Shown piece by piece: positions 1-9,320 of a stretch of DNA of 41,966 nt. Made by a program: the position numbers and the translations under genes. The notes under the pieces were generated by a model. It had not been told where the DNA came from. It did not search any database and was given only the letters and a program-made list of their open reading frames with translations. The DNA comes from Phycisphaerae bacterium (GTDB lineage: Bacteria > Planctomycetota > Phycisphaerae > UBA1845), in NCBI GenBank assembly GCA_050050135.1, contig JASFUW010000001.1, forward strand, positions 1-41,966, in the 5' to 3' direction. Every line of letters begins with the position of its first letter. Position 1 is the first letter of the stretch.

Positions 1-1381
1 CACCGAGATCGTCCAGCGCGGCGCTGAACGGAATCAGCCCCGTCACGCCCTGGTACGGTTCCACGCGATGGGCGAGCACGTCACGGATCTTCGCCCGATT
101 CAGACCGGCCGTCCGGATCGCCCAGATCAGCATGTTCATGCCGTCGTACGCATGGGCCGAGTACGTGTCCGGCTCGACCCCGAACCGCTCGCGAAACGCC
201 GATTGAAACGCCATGTAATCCTCGTCCATCCTCGTCGGATCCCACGGAAAACCGCAGATCACCCCCTCCGCGTTGCTTCCCGCAATTTCCACGAACTCGT
301 CCGAGACGCAACGGTCGCAACAGAAAAACGGCTGCTTCATTCCCATCGCCCGCATCTGGTTCAGGATGCGGGCCCCGTCTTCGGCATCGCCCCAGTGTAC
401 GACGGCGTCCAGCTTGCTCGCGTTAAGTCGTTCGAGTTGAAGCGTAAAGTCGTCTCCCCCCACCCGGTACGCCATTTCCAGAACGATCGGGCGCTTGAGC
501 CGCCGACTCGTGTCCCTGACCTCGCGAACCCCGAATCGCCCGTACCGGTTCGACGCCCGCATGATCCCCACCCGCCGGTAGTCCATCTTCCGATAGATGT
601 AGTCCGTCAACAGATAACCCATCTGGCGATCATCGCCGATGCACCTGAGCACCCAGGGGATGTTGGTCTCGATGAATGTCGGATCCGTGTCACCACTGTT
701 CATCATCACGATTTCGGCTTTGAGTGCGACGCGGATGGCAATATGGCTGTTGGCTCCGTCGATCGTCCCCAGAATCGCCCAGACCCCGTCCCTGTACGCC
801 ATCTTGATGATCTCGTTCCCCGACGCGCCCCACAACCCGTTGTCGTTCGAAACCACCAGTTCGAACGGAATGTTTCGCTCGCGGTAGCCGCCCTCCGCGT
901 TCGCCTGCTCGATCGCCAGCCTCGCCCCGCGAAGCATCGAGATGCCCAACACCTCCTCGTGGCTCTTCCCACCCGTCGCGACCGACACCGTCGCCATGAT
1001 CGGACCGATGAACCCGATCTTCACCGCCTCCAGGTGCTCCGGCTCCGCAATCGCCCGACCGGGACCGGTGTACTCCATCTGCTCCAGAAAATGCTCCTTG
1101 AACGGCCTGACGTGCCGGAACGGCTCGACGTCCATCGCGGAACCCGCGTAGTTATGGTCCTTCCTAAGTTCGAGTTGCGGTATCTCATATGGACCGACGT
1201 CGATCGCGTCGAGCAGCGCATCGAGATCCTCACTCGCCTCCCCTCTTTGCCGCCTTGTGCCCTCGGCCTCCGGCTTACCGCTCACCGGCTCGTTTCCTTC
1301 GGAAACCGCGAGCCCCCCGAACCCACAACACGACACGATCACGCCCGCAAAAACCCTCACGACGATCTTCCTCGACAGCAT
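1..1381 (-). CDS. Periplasmic substrate-binding protein, Leu/Ile/Val-binding type (LivK / Peripla_BP_6-like); 3' end lies beyond the window
   Basis: Absent from the ORF track because its stop is left of position 1. My reverse-complement translation from ATG (1381..1379) reads MLSRKIVVRVFAGVIVSCCGFGGLAVSEGNEPVSGKPEAE... (signal peptide). It continues ...KIGFIGPIMATVSVATGGKSHEEVLGISMLRGARLAIEQANAEGG... and stays open to ...PYQGVTGLIPFSAALDDLG at position 1. The long + ORF 68..1621 is an R/P/H-rich shadow of this gene. Confidence 0.8.
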   Translation of the reverse strand, partial: MLSRKIVVRVFAGVIVSCCGFGGLAVSEGNEPVSGKPEAEGTRRQRGEASEDLDALLDAIDVGPYEIPQLELRKDHNYAGSAMDVEPFRHVRPFKEHFLEQMEYTGPGRAIAEPEHLEAVKIGFIGPIMATVSVATGGKSHEEVLGISMLRGARLAIEQANAEGGYRERNIPFELVVSNDNGLWGASGNEIIKMAYRDGVWAILGTIDGANSHIAIRVALKAEIVMMNSGDTDPTFIETNIPWVLRCIGDDRQMGYLLTDYIYRKMDYRRVGIMRASNRYGRFGVREVRDTSRRLKRPIVLEMAYRVGGDDFTLQLERLNASKLDAVVHWGDAEDGARILNQMRAMGMKQPFFCCDRCVSDEFVEIAGSNAEGVICGFPWDPTRMDEDYMAFQSAFRERFGVEPDTYSAHAYDGMNMLIWAIRTAGLNRAKIRDVLAHRVEPYQGVTGLIPFSAALDDLG

Positions 1382-1439
1382 GGTGTTACCCCTTGTCCTC
1401 AGACGCTTGATCCGCATACCGGATCCTCGGTCCCTTCGC

Positions 1440-2690
1440 CTACTTCGTCTGCGCTACGGACGAACGCAGACCCGGATAATACCCCTCCCCGATGGCGCGC
1501 CCCAGTCCTTTGGACGTGCCCACCCACACATCAGTCCCGTCGAAGTCTGCCCAAAGCACGTAGTTGTGCGGAAGGTTGGGTCCGGTATCCACCTCGGCCA
1601 ATACCTCCGTCCCCCTCTTAATCACCGCCTTTCCCGTGTGCGCCTTTCCGTCACCGGTATAGACCACCCAGGTATCGGTCGGAAAGTCGGCCAGAACGCC
1701 GAGCCCCTTATCCGTACAGAACCACGCCTCGTTCGCACTTCGCCCCGCAATCGCGTTGTTGAAGTCGCTAGGAAGTCCACTGTCATGGGCAAAGTACCCG
1801 CGCCAGTGTCTTCCGTCATACCGACTGGCACCGAAATACGTCGTCACCCACAGGACCTTCTCCACGTAACTCACACCCGTCGTGATCACATGCACGATCC
1901 CGTCGTCCCGATAGAGATCAATCTCCATTTCCCCATCCGGATCGAGATAGTCTTTCCACGTACCTCTCTCGACGTCGTATTCCAAAACCCCACTACCCCA
2001 GACGCCCAGATACACCAGACCGTCGGCATACGTACAACTGTAATTCCAGATCTCCTCCATCGGCGCGTTCTTTTCGGTGAATATGCTCCATTCCCCCGTC
2101 ACCGTGTTGTATCGACTGGCACCCGCGGTGGTCGCTGCCCAGATGTTGTCATGCTCGACCGCAACCCCATACACCACGTCATTGACAAGACCGCTGTTCA
2201 ACTGATGCCAGTGATCGAACCGCCCTCCGCTGAACCGGGCCAGTCCGCCCCCGAACATCCCCAACCACACCTCTCCCGTCTTCGGGTCGACATCAATGGC
2301 CCCCACCACCCGCCACGGCAGACCGTCCTCCTCGCCCCAACTCTTGACCTCGTCGGTCCGCTTGTCCAGACGCGCTAGACCGTTCTCGGTCCCGATCCAG
2401 ACGAACGGCCCATCCACCTTCACCGCGAACACGTGATCGTTGGGCAGCCCGTCCGCAGTCGTGTACTGCTTCCAGTGCGTGTAGACGTACGGCAGTCCGT
2501 CGGAGTGATCGTGCGCTTCTTCCGACTCGCTCCCCCGTCCGGTCGCTTGCCCGACCGCATCACGTGGCAACCCGTCGTCCTGAACCGACTGTCGTTGGGT
2601 CGCGAGACATCCCACCAGAGCAATGCAAAGGGCAGGCCACAGGAGGTGTCTTAGCTGTCCTACGTTCATTGTTCCGCCCCGTATTATCAT
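1440..2690 (-). CDS. Secreted/lipoprotein beta-propeller with two-component-regulator-propeller (Reg_prop)-type repeats
   Basis: 416-aa ORF with a lipobox-like LCIALVGC. Repeated units: VDGPFVWIGTENGLARLD, GEVWLGMFGGGLARF, DNIWAATTAGASRY, DVWVGTSKGLGRA. The ATG at 2690 overlaps the upstream stop (ATGA). An alternative start is M8 at 2669. Confidence 0.7.
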   Translation of the reverse strand: MIIRGGTMNVGQLRHLLWPALCIALVGCLATQRQSVQDDGLPRDAVGQATGRGSESEEAHDHSDGLPYVYTHWKQYTTADGLPNDHVFAVKVDGPFVWIGTENGLARLDKRTDEVKSWGEEDGLPWRVVGAIDVDPKTGEVWLGMFGGGLARFSGGRFDHWHQLNSGLVNDVVYGVAVEHDNIWAATTAGASRYNTVTGEWSIFTEKNAPMEEIWNYSCTYADGLVYLGVWGSGVLEYDVERGTWKDYLDPDGEMEIDLYRDDGIVHVITTGVSYVEKVLWVTTYFGASRYDGRHWRGYFAHDSGLPSDFNNAIAGRSANEAWFCTDKGLGVLADFPTDTWVVYTGDGKAHTGKAVIKRGTEVLAEVDTGPNLPHNYVLWADFDGTDVWVGTSKGLGRAIGEGYYPGLRSSVAQTK

Positions 2691-5617
2691 AGTGTCTTCA
2701 GATACTCGATCAAGTCATTCAACTGGTCTTTCGTCATATCGTTCGTCACCCCGTGCCGGTCGTACGGGTTGAAGCGCGTCCAGATTTCCTCCAACGTGTC
2801 CGAGATTCCGTTATGCAGATAGGGTGAAGAATCATAGATGTTATTCAGATGCGGAACGTCAAACTCCACCTCTCGGTCCAGCCACATCTTCGTCCCCACG
2901 TCGCGCCGCGTCCGATCCGTAAACAGCGGCGGAAAGTGGCAAGTAACACACCTGTCCTCCACGGGAATGACACGACCGTCATTCGCCAACGTCCGTTGGA
3001 ACACCGCTTTCCCGCGCCGTTGCGCCGGCGTCAGCTCCCCACCGACCTCTCGATACCGATTCGGCGGCCGCGGAATCGTGCAAATGTAGTTGTCAAGTGC
3101 CGAAAGCTCTTCCGGCGTGAACGGATCGATACGCGTAAAGAACACAGCCAGCCGCGGCCCGCACTGTCTCTGCAAGCTCGGATTCGTCCCCTCCCACTTG
3201 AACGGCGCCGTGTCCAGGATTCCACGCAGCGTCCGGTTGTCGACCGGACTGCTCCCGATCCCGTCCGGCTCGATGTCATACGTCAGCCCGTCCACGTGTC
3301 CGTCGGGATGGCAGGAGTGACACGAGAACTGTCGGCGGAAGGTGATGTCCGCGCTGTGAAAGAGCTGCTCACCATACCGGACTTTCGTAATCTCCTTCGG
3401 CCCTCCCAGATCAATCCGACCGTCCGCGACCATCTTCTCCACGTCTATGACCGTGATGGAGTCATCCAGGGCGTTGGCCACGTAAGCCGTTCGACCGTCC
3501 CTCGAAAACAAAATCCCCCGCGGACTCGCCTCCGTCGCAATGTGCTTGACCACGAACCCCGTCGGCTTCCCCACGTGGTTCGGAATAACGTGCTCCCGCT
3601 CGTATTGCGACGCCTCTTCGAGCATCGACACCAGCTTCTCGACATCAACGACAGCCACACGATCAGAACCGCTGCTGGTCACCAGCGCATAACGCCCGTC
3701 CGGGCTGATCGCCACGTCCGCCGGATCCGGGAAACACAGGTGCGGTTCGTCGAGCAGCACCTGGTCCACCCGCCCGTCGCTCCCAATCACCCCCAGACCG
3801 TTCGTGATCGTCCAGCCCTGCAACAGACGTGTCATGGGCACCAGGTTCTTGGTTCGGTTCAGCGTCGTCAGCGCGAACGCCCCGCTCGGATGCCACGCGA
3901 CGCCCTGCATCAGGTTGGCCCCATTCACCTCAAAGCGCTCTTCGACCACACGCCGCTCAGTGTCAACGACTGTCACTTCGGAGACCGACGGCTCACGAAA
4001 CTCGACAAACCGCGAGAGGTTGTTGGTCACAACGAGTTGCCGTCCGTCCGGGCTCAAACTCAGCGACCAGGGACTGCGGCTCGCCGACAGCCGCTTGATC
4101 TCTTCAAAGGATCCCGCATCGAGCACCGAGATGCTGTCAGACGCCGTGTTGAGCACGTAAAGCACTTTGCCCGACCGGTCCGTCAGCACCCCGTGCGGCT
4201 CATCGCCGACCGGAACGATCTTCGCAACGGTCCACGTGCTCGTATCGACCACCGCCAGCGTGTCGTCCAGCCGATTCGTGACGTACGCCCGCGCGCCATC
4301 CGGACTCAGCGTCACATCGGTCGGTTGACCGCCCGTCGCGACCTCCGCCTTCACCTTCCGCGAAGCGAGGTCGACCACGATCAACGTGTCGGACGCTTCG
4401 CACGTCACGTACAGCGTCGCCCCGTCCGGCGAAAGCGCCAGGTTCAGCGGCGTTTTGTATCTCAGTGCCTGCGTCTGGTCGGTCACCACCGAGGGATGCG
4501 CAATCGCCTTGACTGCCGCCTCGTAGTTAAACTCCCGACCGTGTGCCTTCGCATGACACGTCAAACAGGTTTGCTTCGTCACCGTCGCCAGACCCGCCTG
4601 CCGGGCGGCCCGGGGATCCCGCATGATCGCCTCCGGCCAATATTCGCTGCCAGCGCCGTGGCACGACTCGCACTGGACTCCGTCCATCGGATCGAAGCCC
4701 TCCATGAACTGGTCCGCCGCCTCACCGCCCCCCGTCGTGTGGCATCGAAGACACTCGGGATTCGTCTGCGGATCGCCGGCGTGTCCTTCCTTCCTGGCGA
4801 TTTCCCCCGCCGCCTCGGTGCCCAACACCCCAAACGCCCGCGCGTGCTTACTCATCCGCCACCGGCTGAACTGATAGCCGTAATCCGGTCCCTTATGGCA
4901 CGCCGCACACGCCATCACCCCCGTATACTTCGCGCTTGGCGCCGCAGGCTGATCACCACCTTCGTTCCCTCGCGCACGCACGGACCCCTCGGATACTGGC
5001 GCCGAAACGGTCGTCTTGTTGCACACCCCACCACAGATCGTCTTGAGCTCCTTCTCGATGTCGATCTGCGGCGACTTCAGAACCGCCACGTGCGAGCCCT
5101 TCACGTTATGGCAGGTCATGCACGATCGCGCGTCAGGCATCTTCATCCCGTGCGCCATCGCCTTTTGCCGGTCCATCATCACTTCCGGATCGATGTACTC
5201 ACTGCCGGCACCATGACACGTCTCACACTGAATCCCGTCCTCGAGAAAAAACCTCTCTTCCTTCTCCCAATCCTCCGCGCCATACGCGGTCACGTGACAC
5301 CCCAGGCACGCCGCCGCCTCTTGCGGCTCGTCCGGGATACCGCTCAACTTCGCGATTTGCTTCGCTTCTTCACTCCAGAGTGACGCGTATGCCAGGGCAT
5401 GCTCCGACACCCGCCATTGGCTGTACGTCCGCATGCGGCTATACATCTGCGCCGGGTTAGGCCCCGCGTGACACTCCGCGCAAACCTGAACACCCACATA
5501 AACGGGATGCCGATCCGACACACCCGGACCCGACGCGACCGCATAGCCCGCGCACAACACCAACACCATCACGGCGCTTTCGCGCCATCGCTCGACTATC
5601 CGTTTTCCGCGCATCAC
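2687..5617 (-). CDS. Decahaem c-type cytochrome fusion: 2x tetrahaem (cytochrome c554-like) modules + YVTN-type beta-propeller + C-terminal dihaem cytochrome-c-peroxidase/MauG-like domain
   Basis: 976-aa ORF with ten CxxCH motifs. The Cys residues are at 46, 104, 131, 166 and 237, 289, 316, 351 (two internally repeated modules, each with QCE(T/S)CHGAGSEY), and at 766 and 890. Residues about 385-760 carry repeated LSPDG..(L/A)YV(T/A)N...(S/T)(I/L)xV(V/I)D units. N-terminal signal anchor. Confidence 0.8.
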   Translation of the reverse strand: MMRGKRIVERWRESAVMVLVLCAGYAVASGPGVSDRHPVYVGVQVCAECHAGPNPAQMYSRMRTYSQWRVSEHALAYASLWSEEAKQIAKLSGIPDEPQEAAACLGCHVTAYGAEDWEKEERFFLEDGIQCETCHGAGSEYIDPEVMMDRQKAMAHGMKMPDARSCMTCHNVKGSHVAVLKSPQIDIEKELKTICGGVCNKTTVSAPVSEGSVRARGNEGGDQPAAPSAKYTGVMACAACHKGPDYGYQFSRWRMSKHARAFGVLGTEAAGEIARKEGHAGDPQTNPECLRCHTTGGGEAADQFMEGFDPMDGVQCESCHGAGSEYWPEAIMRDPRAARQAGLATVTKQTCLTCHAKAHGREFNYEAAVKAIAHPSVVTDQTQALRYKTPLNLALSPDGATLYVTCEASDTLIVVDLASRKVKAEVATGGQPTDVTLSPDGARAYVTNRLDDTLAVVDTSTWTVAKIVPVGDEPHGVLTDRSGKVLYVLNTASDSISVLDAGSFEEIKRLSASRSPWSLSLSPDGRQLVVTNNLSRFVEFREPSVSEVTVVDTERRVVEERFEVNGANLMQGVAWHPSGAFALTTLNRTKNLVPMTRLLQGWTITNGLGVIGSDGRVDQVLLDEPHLCFPDPADVAISPDGRYALVTSSGSDRVAVVDVEKLVSMLEEASQYEREHVIPNHVGKPTGFVVKHIATEASPRGILFSRDGRTAYVANALDDSITVIDVEKMVADGRIDLGGPKEITKVRYGEQLFHSADITFRRQFSCHSCHPDGHVDGLTYDIEPDGIGSSPVDNRTLRGILDTAPFKWEGTNPSLQRQCGPRLAVFFTRIDPFTPEELSALDNYICTIPRPPNRYREVGGELTPAQRRGKAVFQRTLANDGRVIPVEDRCVTCHFPPLFTDRTRRDVGTKMWLDREVEFDVPHLNNIYDSSPYLHNGISDTLEEIWTRFNPYDRHGVTNDMTKDQLNDLIEYLKTL

Positions 5618-7248
5618 TCAGCCCCCTGCACAACCGTAAGAAGCTGATTCGCCCGAACGTCTTCCAACACCGTCTTCTTACCGTCGGGCCACCGAACCTC
5701 CACCGCGTCCACCTTCGTCGCACGACCGAGCCCGAAGTGGGCACGCGGGTCGCTCTGCGAGAGGTAACCCGTCACACCCGAAACCTCGTGTACCATCCGC
5801 GTCCCCCCAACCGTCACGGTCACACGTGAACCAATGGCGATCACTTTCGTCCCCGCACGCAGCGGCGCCACCATGAGCCACTGGTTCTGACTACCTCCCT
5901 CGTTGCGCAGCAACTTCGCCCGATCGTTCAAATTCATGACCATCAGATCGAGGTCGCCGTCATTGTCGTAGTCGGCATACGCCGAGCCCCGACCCACGAA
6001 CTTCTCTTGAAAATACGCCCCCGATCGCTTCGCGACGTCGATGAACTTCACCGATCCCCCGGACCCGCTGTTCCGCAACAACGAATCCTCCTCCGTATAC
6101 TCGTGGTGTGCATTCCCATTCGCCACGAAAACGTCGAGGTGACCGTCGTTGTCATAGTCGAACAGCAACCCCCCCCATCCCGTGTACTGCCCGCACGAAA
6201 CCGCCAGATTACTCGGCGCCGTGATATCCGTAAACCACTTTCCCTCATTCACAAACAGACAACCATACCCCATGTCTGGAATGTACAGGTCCAACAAGCC
6301 GTCACGATTCACGTCGCCCACCGCCGGTCCCATCGACGACGCACCCTGACCGCCCTCCCCGAACGCCACGCCCCACTCCAACGCCTTGTTCTCGAACTTC
6401 CCATTGCCCACGTTTACGAAGTAGCAGTTGGGCGACGCGTCGTTCGTCACGTAGAGATCGATCCGTCCGTCGCCGTTCAAGTCGGTAGCCACCGCGCTCA
6501 TCGCCCGTCCGTCGGGAAAGTGGAGCCCCGTCTCTTCGGTGACGTCGCTGAAGGTGCCGTCGCCATTGTTGCGATACAGTCGATCGGCCTGCGCCTTGTA
6601 GCTAAGCGGCCCCGGATAACCGGCCGCGGGATAGAAATCGCGAAACTTCCCAGCGTCGTACTCCAGGTAGTTCGCCACATACACATCCAGGTCACCATCG
6701 CCGTCGTAGTCCAACCACGGCGCCGAGACCGTCCAGTGGGCATCGTCCAGTCCCGACCGCTCGGAGACGTTAGTGAAAGTCCCATCGCCCTCGTTGCGAT
6801 ACAGCACATTGGGACCGTAGTTCTGCACATACAGATCCACATCACCGTCGTTGTCGTAGTCCACCGCGGACGCTCCGATCCCGAACCGCTTGTCGCCGAC
6901 GCCCGCCTTCTCGGTCACGTCGGTGAACGTCCCGTCTTTGTTGTTGCGATACAATGCGTTCGACAGCTTGCCGCGCAGATCCCGCCCGAAATTATCACTC
7001 ACCCTTCGCGTCCAACACCCGTTGACCAGATAAATGTCCAAATACCCGTCGTTGTTGTAGTCGAAGAACGCACAACCCGGCCCCGTCCCCTCGACGATAT
7101 TGCTGAGTGTGTGGTCCCCGTAACTGTGCTTGAACTTGATCCCGGCCCGGTCAGTCACGTCGGTGAACACCGGGAGTGTGGGCTCGGCGGCAACGGCCGG
7201 GCACACCATGAGTGGGAAAGCGAAACTAGTGATCGCTGCTCGCATCAT
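5614..7248 (-). CDS. FG-GAP/VCBS-repeat protein with C-terminal ASPIC/UnbV domain (CRTAC1-like)
   Basis: 544-aa ORF with a signal peptide. Seven D-x-(D/N)-x-D-G-x-x-D-(L/I/V)-(Y/F/M)-(V/I) calcium-loop repeats (DYNNDGYLDIYLVNG, DYDNDGDVDLYVQNYG, DYDGDGDLDVYVANY, DLNGDGRIDLYVTND, DVNRDGLLDLYIPDMG, DYDNDGHLDVFVANG, DYDNDGDLDLMVMNLN). C-terminal ...GYLSQSDPRAHFGLGRATKVDAVEVRWPDGK... is typical of UnbV_ASPIC. Confidence 0.8.
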   Translation of the reverse strand: MMRAAITSFAFPLMVCPAVAAEPTLPVFTDVTDRAGIKFKHSYGDHTLSNIVEGTGPGCAFFDYNNDGYLDIYLVNGCWTRRVSDNFGRDLRGKLSNALYRNNKDGTFTDVTEKAGVGDKRFGIGASAVDYDNDGDVDLYVQNYGPNVLYRNEGDGTFTNVSERSGLDDAHWTVSAPWLDYDGDGDLDVYVANYLEYDAGKFRDFYPAAGYPGPLSYKAQADRLYRNNGDGTFSDVTEETGLHFPDGRAMSAVATDLNGDGRIDLYVTNDASPNCYFVNVGNGKFENKALEWGVAFGEGGQGASSMGPAVGDVNRDGLLDLYIPDMGYGCLFVNEGKWFTDITAPSNLAVSCGQYTGWGGLLFDYDNDGHLDVFVANGNAHHEYTEEDSLLRNSGSGGSVKFIDVAKRSGAYFQEKFVGRGSAYADYDNDGDLDLMVMNLNDRAKLLRNEGGSQNQWLMVAPLRAGTKVIAIGSRVTVTVGGTRMVHEVSGVTGYLSQSDPRAHFGLGRATKVDAVEVRWPDGKKTVLEDVRANQLLTVVQGAE

Positions 7249-9320
7249 TCTTCACCATGACTGTTCATATCTGCGGGGCCATCCCCTCGTGGTTCGGGCG
7301 AAGCCGGAATTCCATCCCACTGCGCGCCGAGATCAATCCACTCGATGAAGGCGAGAACCTCCTCGTCCGATAGCGGGTCCCCGCCCGATGGTGGACACCT
7401 TGGGACCTTCCGCCCGTCTCGACCAGATGGCAACGCGTCCCAAGGCCTCGCCGTGACCTGACCAAGGAGCGGCCAGACCAGCGGGCTCTTGCGCGCCGCC
7501 CCCGGTGAGACGATCGGCAGGCCCTGCGATAATACCGAGGGAAATGAGGTCGGGGTCTCATGTGAAGGTGGTCGATGGAACCGGTCGAACACGCGCTCGG
7601 CATCTCCAGCCAATTCCGGCCGTCCGGCCGTCCAGTCCTCGTGACAGGGGAGACAGCGCCCCACGATGGTCGGCATCACGTCCCGACGGAAGTCGACCGT
7701 CCGCCGTTTCTGCGGCGGCAGCGTCAGCTTCATGCCCGGCTTTTTCAGCGCGTCGACGAATCGGTTCTCGGGTGTAAGTTGGGGATCTTCGTGACACCCG
7801 ATGCACCCACGAGGCTCACGATGCTTCACCCATATCCAGCCGCACGTTCTAAGCGCCAAACCATCCGCATCCAGCGTCTGCAACTGAATCGGTGTATCCG
7901 CCGGGACCTCGATATGGAACGAGCCGTCCTTTTCGACCGGGACGACACCGAGGATTCGCTTCTTGACGATCTCCCCGCTGCGACCTAATGGAGTCCGTGG
8001 CCGGGTCGAGGCAGACGCGCGCCCGTCGGCGGGGTATGGCTCCGGCACGCCCTCGATCACCCGCAGACTCTTGATCATTCCGGGCTTCATGTGGGGCAGA
8101 TTGAACGGCTCTGCCAGGTAGGCGTTGAGACAGTAGAGCTTCCCCGTCGGATACTTCTCGTTAACGACACTCGACCGACCGTCCGGCTGTGTGCGTGGTG
8201 CCAGAATCTTGGCATGGAGCTCGTGATGGTCGGGATCGTCGAACACCAGGCCCCGCTCACCGGAACGTGGATCAACCCGGTATAAACCGTGAGAAGAACC
8301 CACCATCCCAAGCCGCGAGGAGACCAGCACGCTCCCGTCAGGCAGCGGTGATGGTGAGTGGTAGAGGTACCGATCGTGACTGATCCGCCTGTGGGAATCG
8401 AAGTGCCGACGGAGCATCACCGAGGCCAAGCTCCCGGCTCCGTCCCACGGCACTTCGCCGGCCTCGACGAACACAACCAAGCCATCGGTCGTCGCCGTCG
8501 GCATATGCTTAATGCGCTTGCCCTGGTCGCCGCAGAACAAGGCGTAGTCGGCGCCGTCGGTGTTGACCCCGAACAGCGAAACGCGCCCCCACGGCCCGCG
8601 TCTAAGGTCCATCCGCTGCCAACTCGCCAAAAGCACGCGCCCGTCGGGCATCAGATAGGGGTCCATGTCGTCGCTGAGATTCATGGTAAGTCGGCGCACG
8701 GCGGTCCCATCGAGCTTGCAGCTATACAGGCTGGTTGCGGGTCCCGAACCGTATTCGTTCATCATACCCGCCGCGTCGCTCACGAACATGACTTGATACC
8801 ACGGCTCGGTCGAGACGATCGTGTACAACGTGGCCTGATACGCCGGGCTCCGGCAGTTCCCGAAGTCGCGCGTGATCTGCCGAGGCTCGGAACCGTCGGC
8901 CCGCATCTCCCAGATGTTCCACCGGTCGCCGCCGTCGCGCTTGGCCGTGAACAGCACCCGCTTCGCGTCGAACGAGACGTCGAACTCGCACGCGCTGTGA
9001 AAACCCTTGGTCAGCACGTGAACCGTGCCGTCCGTCTCCAGCCGCACGATCCGCCCGCCGTCACCGTATCTCGACCGCAGCATGCCTCCCGCCCGCGACG
9101 TCTTTGATTCACTCTCCTGACCGACCGGGAGCTGAACCATCAGCACCGGCGACTCGATCGTCCGTGGCGTGGTGGCGCCTTCGCCGCCCCGCGCGCTCGG
9201 CCCGGCCCGGGTCACGACCGCCAGCCCGACCGCCAGCCCGACCGCCAGCCCGGAACCTGCCAACACGAACCGCCCGATACGTGACCTGCTCATCGCGACC
9301 GTATCCGCCTTCCACCACAC
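7245..9320 (-). CDS. TolB/PD40-like beta-propeller protein with hydrazine-synthase-alpha-like middle region and C-terminal dihaem (2x CxxCH) segment
   Basis: 691-aa ORF with an N-terminal anchor (GLAVGLAVGLAV). PD40-like DGGDRWNIWEMRADGSEPRQIT. The segment VPVEKDGSFHIEVPADTPIQLQTLDADGLALRTCGWIWVKHREPRGCIGCHEDP resembles the HzsA middle/haem region as I recall it. Second haem motif: GRCLPCHEDW. The start may be M10 (9293). Confidence 0.6.
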   Translation of the reverse strand: MWWKADTVAMSRSRIGRFVLAGSGLAVGLAVGLAVVTRAGPSARGGEGATTPRTIESPVLMVQLPVGQESESKTSRAGGMLRSRYGDGGRIVRLETDGTVHVLTKGFHSACEFDVSFDAKRVLFTAKRDGGDRWNIWEMRADGSEPRQITRDFGNCRSPAYQATLYTIVSTEPWYQVMFVSDAAGMMNEYGSGPATSLYSCKLDGTAVRRLTMNLSDDMDPYLMPDGRVLLASWQRMDLRRGPWGRVSLFGVNTDGADYALFCGDQGKRIKHMPTATTDGLVVFVEAGEVPWDGAGSLASVMLRRHFDSHRRISHDRYLYHSPSPLPDGSVLVSSRLGMVGSSHGLYRVDPRSGERGLVFDDPDHHELHAKILAPRTQPDGRSSVVNEKYPTGKLYCLNAYLAEPFNLPHMKPGMIKSLRVIEGVPEPYPADGRASASTRPRTPLGRSGEIVKKRILGVVPVEKDGSFHIEVPADTPIQLQTLDADGLALRTCGWIWVKHREPRGCIGCHEDPQLTPENRFVDALKKPGMKLTLPPQKRRTVDFRRDVMPTIVGRCLPCHEDWTAGRPELAGDAERVFDRFHRPPSHETPTSFPSVLSQGLPIVSPGAARKSPLVWPLLGQVTARPWDALPSGRDGRKVPRCPPSGGDPLSDEEVLAFIEWIDLGAQWDGIPASPEPRGDGPADMNSHGEE

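Noticed and set aside
68-1621. 517-aa + strand ORF, the longest ORF at the left edge
   Set aside because: It is extremely R/P/H-rich with no motifs. It is antisense to a clean LivK-like reading frame that I translated by hand, so it is a typical high-GC shadow ORF.
2849-9107. Long + strand ORFs 2849..5383 (844 aa), 6007..7260 (417 aa), 7575..7988 and 8358..9107
   Set aside because: All are antisense to motif-rich minus-strand genes (CxxCH, FG-GAP, PD40). Their composition is R/P/H/V-biased and they have no SD-supported starts.
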